This document shows positions 49,717 to 61,881 of a stretch of DNA of 64,000 nt, piece by piece (positions within the stretch are counted from its first letter, which is position 1; the number at the start of each line of letters is the position of its first letter). The notes below the pieces were generated by a model. The model ran no database searches and was not told the DNA's origin. It worked only from the letters and a program-made list of their open reading frames with translations. This DNA comes from Geosiphon pyriformis uo1 (Eukaryota > Fungi > Glomeromycota): positions 2,549,538-2,613,537 of the forward strand of contig JAAOMT010000128.1 in NCBI GenBank assembly GCA_016748015.1, given 5' to 3'. The translations under genes were made by a program, and so were the position numbers.

Positions 49717-51237
49717 ACATTACTAGATACAAAACTGAACTGTGTTCTGTAACTAACTATAAGCTACAACACTACTAAAATCAAATAAAAAAACTGCTTG
49801 TCTAAGATGACTTTTTTTAAGACCAAATTGGCAAAAAACCTAATATCCAAATGAGTTTTTATTAAACTAAGTCTAAACAGACTCTTAAAAGACAAAAAAA
49901 ATACCAAGATATCTATGAGACTTTTTTTTTTATGCAACAAATATTGGCAAACCACTTATTGAAAATGAGATATTCTTAACTCTCTAATTGATAAAAATGG
50001 TTACTGTTTTCTTATTATTTATCAAAATGTCATTTAATTTAAAAAAATTATTTGTAATATCCAAAATATATTGAATAGCAGTCTGACTACTCCTTACTCA
50101 AATTGTGTTATCAACAAAAGCAACAGCTGCTATATATGAAGTCAACTTATTTTAAGCCTTTATTTTGTCTAATTTGGTAACAAACTTAGTATTAACACAA
50201 TAACCACATAAACTCTCATGTTTTTTAATTTTACATAAAAAAGAGTTATAGAAAATTCTCCAAAACAAAGAAAAAAAAATCTTACTCTGGTTCAGACTAT
50301 TATGTACACAATATTTATTAGTGAATTTATAATCTATTATTACTCAATTTTTCCTATTATTGTAAATATTACCAAAAAACTTAATAAAACTTTTACATAT
50401 CTTAATCTAAATTAAACTATTTTTCAAGTGATGTCAATTAATGAAATTATAAATCTTTTATATATTTTACAAAACCAGCCAAAGTTTACAATCTTTTTTC
50501 AAAGCATTTTTAATTACTACACCTATCACAAAAATAGAAGATTGAATAATAGTGCTCTTAAATACAGAAAAATTATTATCATAAAAAACATTGAAATTGC
50601 TACAGACTGATGATATTTTATTCAAGAGTATTTTAGAAAGAATCTTCCAAGCAGTTTCAATCAAAACAATTGGTCTGGTATTAGTTAAGACTTTTTTTTA
50701 TTTATAAAGCTTAAAAATCATTAACACCCAAGCTTTTTTTCATGATTGAGACACAAACTTACTTATTAAACACATATTTAAAAGATCTAAAAGCATTATA
50801 AGAACAGTAATATCATAATACTTTCAAAATTTATTAAAGATATCAGACAAATCAGCCACCTTTTTATCAAACAAATTCTTAATTATTTACAACAAATTAT
50901 CAAAAATAATAACACTTATAACACCAGAAAAAGCATGATTATTAACATAAGCCAATAACAGATATTGAAGATTTCACCAATTAGAGACCTTATTCATTAT
51001 TAATCTTTTTCTTATTTAATCTTCCATTATTATATTAATCTTGGATTTAACTTTATTAGAGTTTAGAACCAGCTTATTATTTACAACCAAATAATCCAAG
51101 ACTACTTTATGAAAAGAGCATTCCAGTACATTCCTAATTGTGTGATCTTTATTGATCACAAAACTCTCCATTCTCTTATTAACAACTGACCAAATAATTA
51201 ATTCCTCAGTTCTTAAGAATTCAGCTAGTTTGAGCAC

Positions 51238-52273
51238 TATTATCAGAGTAAAAAAAACTGATCCAATATTATAAAAAAACGTGACCAAAACGTGACATAA
51301 CACAGAATAATACACAATAATATTGGATAATACATTATAACTTAGGATAACACAGAATAATGCGTTATAACTTAGGATAATACAGAATAATATATTATAA
51401 TATGGGATAATACAGAATAACATATAATAACATCAGATAATATGTTATAACATAAGATAACTAATAATAACATAGAAGAACAAAGCAATTACAAAAATAG
51501 CAAAGCAATAGTTAACAATAATAAAACAGTCAAAAAGCAATCTTGTAAAACCAAAAAAATATATAAAAATGAGTAGTTAAAAAAGTTAAAAAAAAAGAGA
51601 ACAGTTAGATATGGACTACAAAACAAGAAGCAATTTTTTTATTCTCTATCATCTCTTACCTACTATTAAATTCCAAAATAAATCAATTATTCAAAATCAA
51701 ACCCACAAATATATGTTCTCAAAGTTTTCACGTTTAAATTAAACTAAGTCATTGTTTTATACTTTCATTTCAGAACAAATGTTTTTAGCATAATTGTCTC
51801 GAATCATTAATGATTTGGACCAATCATTCTTGATTATAGCAATTGACAATACTAATTTTTATTCTTTTTATCTTTTTTTTATTCTTTGTAAAACAACAAC
51901 ATAATAAAATTGACTGTCTGGAAATAGACTTTGTGATAACCTGGTAAAAAAGAGAAGCTTTCCTTAAGTTTTGAATATTAATATTATCTTGGTAGCTTAC
52001 CAAAAGAGTAAAAAAACAACTTCAAACTCTAATGACTGTACTTATTAGCTAAGAGAAAATAACTCACATTGATAAAAAGTTGCAATTAGCAAAAGCCAAA
52101 CTTCTGTGCCTTATAACCAAAAAACTTGACAGATAAATTCACAACCAGTAAATAAGATCTTTAGAGACTAATAATCAAGACTAAGTCAACAAAATTATGC
52201 AAATTATGCATTATTAATAATTAAGAGCACTAAACATTACTATTTCTTTACTCCACCAAGTTTACTCATAACA
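51238..52273. mobile_element. Solo LTR (~1.04 kb) inserted in the LINE, containing a 10-bp-period array
   Basis: TSD GCAC at 51234-51237 and 52274-52277. Ends tattatcagagtaaa / tttactcataaca. The LINE frame KKSY*V|LKLAEFLR rejoins. Confidence 0.78.
51291..51480. repeat. 10-bp-period tandem array (N6-ATAA) x ~18 with a 30-bp higher-order unit
   Basis: cacagaataa/tgcgttataa/cttaggataa/tacagaataa... ATAA recurs every 10 nt. Confidence 0.9.
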
Positions 52274-55200
52274 GCACTTAATATGATTTTTTTATACCAG
52301 AAAAAGTGGATCTTACAACACCAAAATTAGCATTCAAGTCCAGTAAAATCTAAACAGCTGAAGTTTTCATACTATCTAAAAATGTTCAATGGTACATTAA
52401 AGAAATAAACTTATTGTTGGGCCCTATATAAGATAACTTAACAATTTTAAACACCAAAAGTTCCAACTTATAAAATCTAAATAATTTCTTGTTGAAAATG
52501 CTATTATAGTTCTTAAACCACTTTTTTTTGAAATTTTTATTGGCTGTCAAACATATTGCTTTACAAATAATATTTCATATTGCATTCAAATCTAAAAATT
52601 ATTTAAATACAATGAACTTATCAAAAAACATGACAGCATTAGCCACTGTAGTTTTCTTAAACTCAGCCTATTTGGTATTATCAGCATTTTTAAAATTGAA
52701 TTTCTAATGATCTCTATTTGTCTGTTTACAGAAAAAGTTTAATCACATATCCAATAATCCACCAAATTTATTAACACAAAAACAGCCTGCTAATTGGTAT
52801 CAAAGTATTTACCAATATCCAAAATATCATGATTTATTACTGCATTAACCAAATTCAAAAAAATAAACATATAATCAATAGTTTTTTTGGCATTTTTCAA
52901 ATTTTTTTATGTTAAACTTTTCACAACTAAACTTTCTAATAAAGAATTGACCAACTCCAAATTGAGGCACTTTCTGAAACTAACACACCTGTAAAAACTA
53001 TCTTTATTAAAATTACTACCCAAAATCACAAAAAAGATTCATTTACAGCTTTCACAATCATTAAATTGATCTTTTCAGCTTGAGCTAAGTATATTGTCAA
53101 AGCAATACCAGCATATAGTCCCAAAATAAACACAGAAAGCTTATTTTTGAAGAAAAGCTTAATAAACAAAAGTTTACTAATAATCTCTAAAATCTTGCAC
53201 ATATATTGTACTAATACAATATTCATAATAACAGCAACACTAGAATCCAGATAACCAGAGTTCAAACCAAAAATAAACACTCAAACATCATCAAATTTGT
53301 TAACAATTTATGGACAAATCTTTTTTCTTAACTTTGTCTCAGTTATAATAGAAACTAAATTGTTTATATTTTTGTGCTAATGAATAATATTCATTTGCTT
53401 AGCAGAATTGTTCAAATCCTTAATATTGCATGTAACAATTTTCCAAACAAGATCTGTTATTGAAAAAAAAAACTATTTGAATTCAAACCAACATTGTTCA
53501 TTTTGGCTAACAGATCCATAATTATGATTAATAAATTGTTTATACTCTCTTCCAGTTTTGAGACAACTAATGAGTCGAACATCTCAGCTTTTGCAATAGT
53601 CTTATCACTAATGATCACACTTAAACTCTTACTTATTATTGTATCTGCCTCTTAATTTTGTAATAAAAGAGTTATTAATGACTAATATTCAGAGCTAAAC
53701 TTGAAAACCATTGGCCTAAGTACATCTAATCTCTTAGTCAACTTACTAACTTGTTTTATGAGACTGATAAAACTGCATTTAAGAATAGTAAACCTATTAT
53801 TTATTTTAATAGACACTAAAGAAAGAGGCTTCATTTTTGAAGAGAAGCCAAAATTAACCAAGCCCATTACATGCAGAAAGAGGAAAAAAAGAAGACACAT
53901 CAACAATCTTTGTTCAAAAGATACCACTAAAAGCTATCAGATGAGCAACAGATATTAAGTGTTTGGCATAGATAACTGCCAATTTGCTTTTATTTGTGTC
54001 TGACAATATTTTACAAAAAAAACACCCAGAGAAAAAATTCTTATTCACAGAACAGTTCAATAATGTATAACTTATATTCTCATATTTTGCATATTTGGTA
54101 AATTCTAGATAAGACCAGCATAAATTGGTGCTCTTTAGCATTAGTGTAGTTATTATGACAGCATATAATGAATCAGCAGAGTTAAAACAAACAACTACAC
54201 ATCTGGTCCAAGCATATATAACCAGATGACAGTTAATAACATATGTTTTTCTACTTACTAAAATAATGTAATCCCAAATATTATGAGCATTAATTTCTAC
54301 TAACAGAGTATATAGCAGCACCTTATTACAATTTTTTGTTTTTATTAGCTTTAACAATATGCATGGCATTTTTTCTGATTAAAACAAATTACTTAGCCAT
54401 AACTGAATTAGCATGATTTAATCACTTATATTCTATTATAGTCTTCTGTCACAGCTTTACTAATTGCATATTGATCGACTTAATTATTCTAAATTCAGAT
54501 AACACAATATACACAGTCTTAACTAATGTTTCAATTGGAATTTTTTTAACAACTACAGTCCAATTTAAACACCTAGCAGATTTTTTGAGATTGGTATTTA
54601 CTAAAATTATTGCTTTCTTTATCATATTAAAAGTCTAAGCCAAGTTAAATTTGGAAGTGAATATTGCTCTAATAATTTCAACAAATTTTGAGGAAATAGA
54701 GACTACTTCCTTCCAAAACTATTGATTTTTAAAAATAATCTCTTGACCACTATTAACTTTTCTTGAGAAAACTTCTTAAACACTTTATTCAAATTAATAT
54801 CCAGAGCAAATAACTTTTTAATTAGAACATTAATCAAATTTTTTAAAAGAGAAAGAAAAACCAAGAAAGCATCCAATAAAATATCATTATTATTACTATT
54901 ATTCAAAAAATTGATTTTCCTTAATAATTTCTCTAAAGCTTGTTTGGTTTTAACTTGCAAGTTTTTTGGAATTTGGTTGGCATTTTTACTATCAAAAGCA
55001 TTTTTTTTTCCATAGTTAATACTGGTTTTTTTAATCAAACACTTTTTTTTCATATCTATACTATTAAATTCAGTAGTATTACCAGTATTTAAATCCTAAA
55101 AACAACTATTCAACCTTTTCTTAGAAGTGTTTTTTAAATCAACAACATTTTTTAAAGCACCACTTAATTTTTTTTTGATAATACTGGTTTAGTATTTATA

Positions 55201-55349
55201 ATTAAGCAAAAATTTTTAGCAGACTTCTTTAAAATGACAATACTAAAGCTAACAATAGTTTTGTAATTAAGCAAAAACGATTTGAATTTATTGTATTAAA
55301 TAGTAAAAAACTTCTTTCAAAAACTTTTTTGACTTTTTTTTGGAAATTT

Positions 55350-58300
55350 GAGACAAAAAAAAAAAAGAAATCTAATTTTAATTTTTATTCACATAATAAT
55401 AATAAATTTTTTTTTTATAAATTAATGTATTAATTAAAATATTTATTTGATAATAAATTCTTTTTTCTTAATAATAAATAATTTTTAAGTTTTATGTTAA
55501 AATTATCAAAAAATTACTGTTTTATAAAGTTTTTAAGAATTTAAAATTAATTAAAACTTAATAATTAAACTTATTTAAAAACAAATCAAATGATTTATAT
55601 ATATATAACTTTAATTAATTATTCCAAAAAAATAATTTGAATCATTTTTTCTCTTGTAATTTTATAATTATAACAAAGCAAAAAATAAAAAATTGTAACT
55701 TTTTTATTTTTTGAAACATTTAGTATTATTTTATTAGTAAAATATTTATAATTATTAAAAATAACTAAAAAATTAAAAATTTTTAAAAAAAATTTACCTA
55801 ATAGCATTTTGTAAAAACACTTTTTATAAATAAAATAACAGTAAATTAATTTTTTGCTAATTTTAAAACATTATTTTTATCTTTAATTATATTAAAAACA
55901 AACTTTAATAATAATAATAAAAAAAACTTAACAAAATTGATTATTATATCTCTAAAAAAATGGCCAATAAGAAAATGAATATAATAGCATAGTAGAAGAT
56001 ATATTACAAAAAATATTTATTTAAATTAACATTTTATTAATAATTTAATATTTAGGTATATCAAACATAATTTTTTTGTCTTGTATATATAATTTATAAT
56101 TATTTAACAATCCAAAATCATTTATTGCTTCTAAATACACTTTTTTTGCAAATAAAAATATGATTACAAATATAAGATTTTGTTTAATGCTTAAAACTAT
56201 AAAACTAATACAGTGTTTTTAATTATAGATATAAGAACTATTAAAAAAAATTAAATAATAATATAATATAATATAATGTTTTTAATACTCAAACCTAAAT
56301 ATGTTCATGAATTTCGAATTGAACTTAAACCAAATTTGTTGTATGTGTTTAGATTTAATTTAAGTTTAGTAATTTTAAGTTTGATTTAAGTTCAAGTTCG
56401 AAATTTTTGCCAAATTTTCTGTTTAAGTTTAATTCAATTTGGTGGTTTAATTGAACTTAAATTGAACCAAACCAAACATTAAAATCCTATTTCTGACAAT
56501 ACTATATATACTGCCTTATACAAAAATTTTGTGTTTAGAGAATAATATTTAAAGACTGTTTCTGTTTTTGGTTGTATTAAGACTACTAGCAAAAAAGTTA
56601 TTGATTTGGTACAAAGTTTAGAAATAATTTATTAAGCTAAAGTATAGTTGATAAGGGCAAAATATAAAGTAATTATGAAAAAAAAGATTATAATTACACA
56701 TAATAATTTTATGTCTCTAGAGATTTATGGTCTTTTGTTTTTATTCTCTGATAGTATTATTAAGTTGCTTTGAATTATAGAACTACATAGTATTGGTTTT
56801 GGTTTTTATAGACTATACAGTTTTTTTCCAGTACTAATTATATAGTTTCTGTTAAGATAAATTTATAGTGTTGTTTTAATTGGTTCAAATAACTAGTTAT
56901 GTATAGAAAATACATAATTTGTACTTAATTTAGATTATTTAATTTAATATATTATATTAGATAGTATTTAAGTCTTATTTGTAAAATATTAAAAAAAATT
57001 TAATGTTATTTTTTTTATTACTAAATATTAATTACAGATTTCAATTTAGTTTTGTTTTTAAAAATATATATCAAAAATAAAATATTATAATTAGAAAAAA
57101 TTTGAAGTTTAAAGCTAATTTATTTAAAAATTTTTGAATAAAACTCTTTATTCTTTTTTTTATATAGTTTAAAGTTTTTTAAACAAATATAACTAAGAAT
57201 AAAATTCTATTATGCTGATTTTTTTAAATGCTCAAATATAATAAATTGATTACTTAATTATTAATTTTTAAATTTTTAAATTACAAATTGAATTTAAAAA
57301 AGTTTTTGCAATTTTTTATTAAGTTATAAATTAAAAAATAAATTTATTAGATTGTAAAATAATTTTTATAACCAATTTATTTACTGTATTTGTCTGTTAA
57401 AAAATATTTTAATATTAAATATTCTGAATTTTTTAATATATTATAATATAATTTATTTATGATATAATTTTTGATAACTAATTTATAATCAAAAAAAATA
57501 ATATTTTTAATTAAAAAACTTTCTATTATTGAAAAAAAATGGTTTTAAAAAGTTTTATGTTTTATTAATTTAATATATTAATTTTAAAAAAATTAATAAT
57601 TAAATACAATTAAATTTAATATTGTATAAGTTTTTAAATGTTTTAATATTTATAAATTAAACTGTTTTTTTGTAATTAAAAGTATTTAGTTAATATTAAA
57701 TTGGATATTATTAACATTTTTACAAATAATTTATTAAAAAAATTGAGTTTATTTATTATTATAAACAATACTTTTGCTTTTTTTTCAGATTTAAAATTAG
57801 ATATAAATATTCAAGTTTTTAGTTTATTATTTTTAATATTAACTAAGCTATAAATTATTACTTTAATTTTTAGATATATATTAGTTTTTTAAAATTGTTA
57901 TTTATTTTAACAATTAAGTTGCTTTTAATATATGTGTTTTTAAATTTGTTTTATAAATACTGGATTTTTGTAATTATTATTAAATAAAAAACAAATAAAT
58001 TATAAATATTGTTTACACTAAAAATATTTTGGTTATTTAGTTAAAAGTAAAAAATTACTTAAATCTTTTAAATAATAATATTGTTAATATTTTAACAAAT
58101 AAAGCAACTTATTTTTTTTCTTTTTATAATAGATTTAAAGCATTTTTTTGGCTAATAGTATTGTTATTTTTAAAAATGCTTAATATTTTATTTATAATAT
58201 TTATAAAACAATATGTTATATTTAATAAAAAATTGGTTTTAATATTAGTATAATTATTAATTTAATAATTAAAAACATTAATTGAATTTGAATTTTTTTT

Positions 58301-59450
58301 GTATAATACTTTGATTTTTATATAATATTTAGTTTTATTAACAAGTTTTTAACTAGTTTGTATATATATTTAATAAAAATTATTTATGAATAATTGCTAA
58401 TAATAATTAAAAAATGCTTTTATTACAAATATTATTTAAGAGTCTTATATTTGTATTATAAAAAAATAAAATTTTTTGACTGTATAATATTAATAAAAAA
58501 ATTTGTAAATTATTAAAAGTTTTTAATAAATATTTGTTTTTTATTATTTTTTTCTTATAAATCTAATAATAATTTATATATAACTTTTTATAAGAGTTTT
58601 ATTTTTAAAATTTGGTTTTCAAAAGCTGTTTTAGTTTTTGGAAATATTAAAGTTGTTACTTTAATTTTGGTTAATTTTATATAATAATTAATTATAAATT
58701 ATAGAAATAAAGTATAATTATATAAAACCAAATATAAAGCTATTATAAAAAAAAGTAGTTTAATTAATAATTTTGAAATAGTGTTTTATAATTTATATAA
58801 TTTATTATGCAAGTTTTTAGTTAATATAATACATATGCTTAGTATTATTAAGACTTTAACAATAAGTTTTGGTTTGTATAAAAAGTATTAGTTTAAGTAA
58901 AGATATTATAATACATATAAGTATGTAATACAGTTTTAATTAGTTTAAGTAGGTAATCACATATAATAAGTACATAAGTTATATTTAATTAAAAATACTT
59001 AATTTTTTTTTGTATATTAAATAGTGATTAGTGATTAGACTATATTCATTAATTAATTTAATAATAATTTTAAAATTTATTAGTTTATAATATAATAAAA
59101 TAAACTTTAGTTTTTGTTAATTATAGTTTAAAAAAAAATATTTGGTTTAATAATTTATAATTATTTTAAGTATTAAAACTTTTAAATCATTAATTTAAGT
59201 TATACTATTATTATTTTTATAAAAATTTGAAACTTTTTAAATTTTATTCAAAATATTTACATTTTGCAAACTTATCTTTTAGTTTAATGCTTAATCTAAT
59301 TATAATATTTAATTACACTTGTATATTGTACAAATTGAATTATTAATTAAAAAAATATATATACAAATTGAATAATTAATGCAAATGTAAAACAGTAATG
59401 TATAAAAAAAAAGATTGAAAGCAAATCAACAAAAACATAATAACGGAAAT
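55350..59450. other. Extremely AT-rich, nearly ORF-free tract (probable terminally decayed transposon relics)
   Basis: Visibly very low G+C and almost no CpG. One short ORF in 4 kb. Confidence 0.7.
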
Positions 59451-59821
59451 GGTATTTTTATTGATAGGGCATTATTAAACATCAGACGCGTGTTTCTTAG
59501 TTTTTATATTTTCTTTCCATTGGATTTTCTCATTAACAAAGTTTTAATTACGCGTATTATACCAAGAGACGATATTTTGTCAAGGGTATAAATATATTTC
59601 CTTGCGAAAAATTTTTCTTCATTAGACATTGTAAGATTAGTGGGAATCAGAATTTCAAATACTTTTTGAGAGAAAGTAAACTTGTTTTCTCTTCAGAAAT
59701 GAAATAAAAGGTATTTTTAATAATAATAGTAATAATAATAATAATAATAGTAATAAAAGTATAAATTTCTATAACTCCGTACCTTTCTCAGTTTTACGTT
59801 TTTTGAAGTCAGCAACTTATA

Positions 59822-61491
59822 ATGAGCTTACAAGAAGCACAGCCGCTCGTGAGGCCAGAAAGAGCTTGCCGACGTCGTGCTATTGCTGTGGTAAAACAAT
59901 TTTCTTTTATTCCTTACGAGGAGCGCTTTCAACCCAATACAATACCAAATAACTTTATTTCATTTATTATCGTTAGATAACTTCTAGAGTGATTGGGTTG
60001 CAAAAACCCTCAAGTTTGAAGGTATATTCTTTAAGTTTTGTTTACAGCATATGAAAAAAAATTGATTTGTCTATATTAATATACCAGAAGAAAAAAATAA
60101 AGTCTTACTCTGAAGAAAATAAAAAAACCGAGAAAGCGGCAATATTTACCGATTCAGATTCCGACCTATCGGTCGATCTTGTAATTACTTCTGGCATACA
60201 GCCGAAGAAATACTTAAAATGTGGTTTATACTCTACGGATCGGAAAGTCGCCCCCAACCAGTTAGTGGAAAGGGTACTCAAAGAAGTTCAAAATTTCCGA
60301 TTTCCCATGCCAATTCAATTCGGCGAAATCTTGATGACCACTGACGATGAATTCCAAATTCCGTGGAATATAGCTGTAAGACATAATATGGGGAAGCTTG
60401 AGCGTAAAAGAGAGCTGAGATGTCCTTCTCCCTATATAAGGCTTCGTTCAAGTATGATAAATAAATGATCCATATAGTTAAATCGAAGTCTTGTATTAAA
60501 GTTTTAATCTAATGAGTTCTCAATTGTAGACGTATTTGTTGAAAGGACACGAAGGAAAGACCCAACTCCGGTGTGTCAATGTCCGCCGCCGACTCCTGGT
60601 GGTGAAGGATGCGGCGATGGCTGCATGAATAGGTTAAATGAGTTACTCAGCAATCTACCTTTTTTCTTTTCTTATTTTATCATTTCTTTCTTTAGAATTA
60701 TGTTCTACGAGTGCTCACTAAAAACCTGTCAATGCGGGGACCTCTGTACAAATCAGAGATTTCAAAAAAAAGAAGGGCTTAAGAAACTCGAAGTCTTTTG
60801 GGTAAAAATCCAGCTTCAAAAAATGACCTCATTAATTAACCATCTACAAAATCTGGTAATAATGTAATGCTTTCTTTAATCCAAAGACGGGAGACAGGGG
60901 TTTCGGTCTTCGGTCACGTGTGCCAATAAAAAAAGGACAATTGGTCGTGGAGTATCGAGGGGAGGTGATATCAAGAGAGACAGCTATGAGTCGGATGGAA
61001 ACTGATGCGTACAAAAACAGCAACAATTTCTACCTTTTAGATTACCAAGGCGGTGAAGTTTTGGATGCTTCCTCCAAAGGTACAGAGGCGAGATATATTA
61101 ATCACAGGTAAATTTCATTATCAATCCATATTACAAATAAACAGAGTTATTCACTCCTGACTTCATTTTCATTTGATTAGTTGCGATCCAAACTGTCATA
61201 TTGAAAAATGGTAATTATGCGGTGGGCTTTTTTCCCAATCGAGGAAGAAAATCATAAAGTCATCTTCATAGTTTTCTTTTGCATCAGACTAAACCTTTAT
61301 GTTCCCTTTATAGGCGTGCTCCTAATGGCGAGATTTTTGTTGGTGTATTTGCTAAAGCTGATATACCTGTGAAAATGGAACTCACATACGATTACAAATT
61401 TTCAAGCTACAGCGAGGCTGAGAAACAAATTTGTCTTTGCGGTGCTGAAAAGTGCCGCGGCCTCATTGGAACTCGCTCCAAAAGCAACTAG
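59822..61491 (+). CDS. ash1: ASH1-like H3K36 methyltransferase (AWS-SET-postSET), 8 exons (59822-59890, 59977-60021, 60088-60451, 60530-60632, 60696-60801, 60887-61107, 61181-61210, 61314-61491), ~371 aa
   Basis: AWS CQC..GCGDGCMNR..ECSLKTCQCGDLCTNQRFQ. SET RGFGL, EYRGEVI, ARYINHSCDPNC, ELTYDYKF. PostSET CLCGAEKCRGLIG. Fungal ASH1-type pre-AWS motif KYLKCGLY...FPMP...FQIPWNI. The first two exons are less certain. Confidence 0.85.
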
Positions 61492-61881
61492 CAAAAAAGG
61501 GCGAAGGCACAAAGTATTTATACTCGGGATTTTTTTAATAACTAGAGCTTGGGGGAAATTGGGTAATAGTAATATGATCTGTCATTTACGTAGCTGTTAA
61601 CCCACTCAGTTTGGTGAAATAATCAAACTGCATTTTTCTGTAAATAAAACATCGCATTAGAAGATAGATGTCTATAGAACCACCTCAAGATTTTACATCT
61701 CATATTTTCATTTATTTCGAATTTCCATAATTTCCATTTTATTATTTGCAAAATTCTTGTGTTTAGACTGGAGGCCTTTTGAATAGTCATTTCGTGACTT
61801 ATCTTTCTCTAATGCAGAACTTGAAGCTTTACAAAATTTTATAAAGATCAATCGATTAGTGTTTAAAAGGATTGAAGTTTC

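Larger units (their letters stand above)
27913..55350 (-). mobile_element. Decayed non-LTR retrotransposon (LINE: ORF1, APE endonuclease, RT, RNase H) interrupted by element C and two solo LTRs
   Basis: APE-like start WKIVTCNIKDLN...IITETKL (~53330-53450) and RT NTRPIVLIETAWKILSKIL (~50620-50690). RNase H-like region ~47250-47620, C-terminal Cys motif 28481-28711 and a poly(A)-like tail (T11 at 27913-27923). Frames rejoin across all three insertions. The 5' boundary is approximate. Confidence 0.82.

Noticed and set aside
51291-51480. CRISPR-like array
   Set aside because: Contiguous 10-bp units with no unique spacers, no cas genes and a eukaryotic context.
55388-55399. Possible LINE target duplication (ttcacataataa vs tttacataataa at 27901-27912)
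   Set aside because: Imperfect and in very AT-rich sequence; cannot be distinguished from chance.
59718-59756. (TAA/TAG)n microsatellite upstream of the SET gene
   Set aside because: Ordinary simple repeat.
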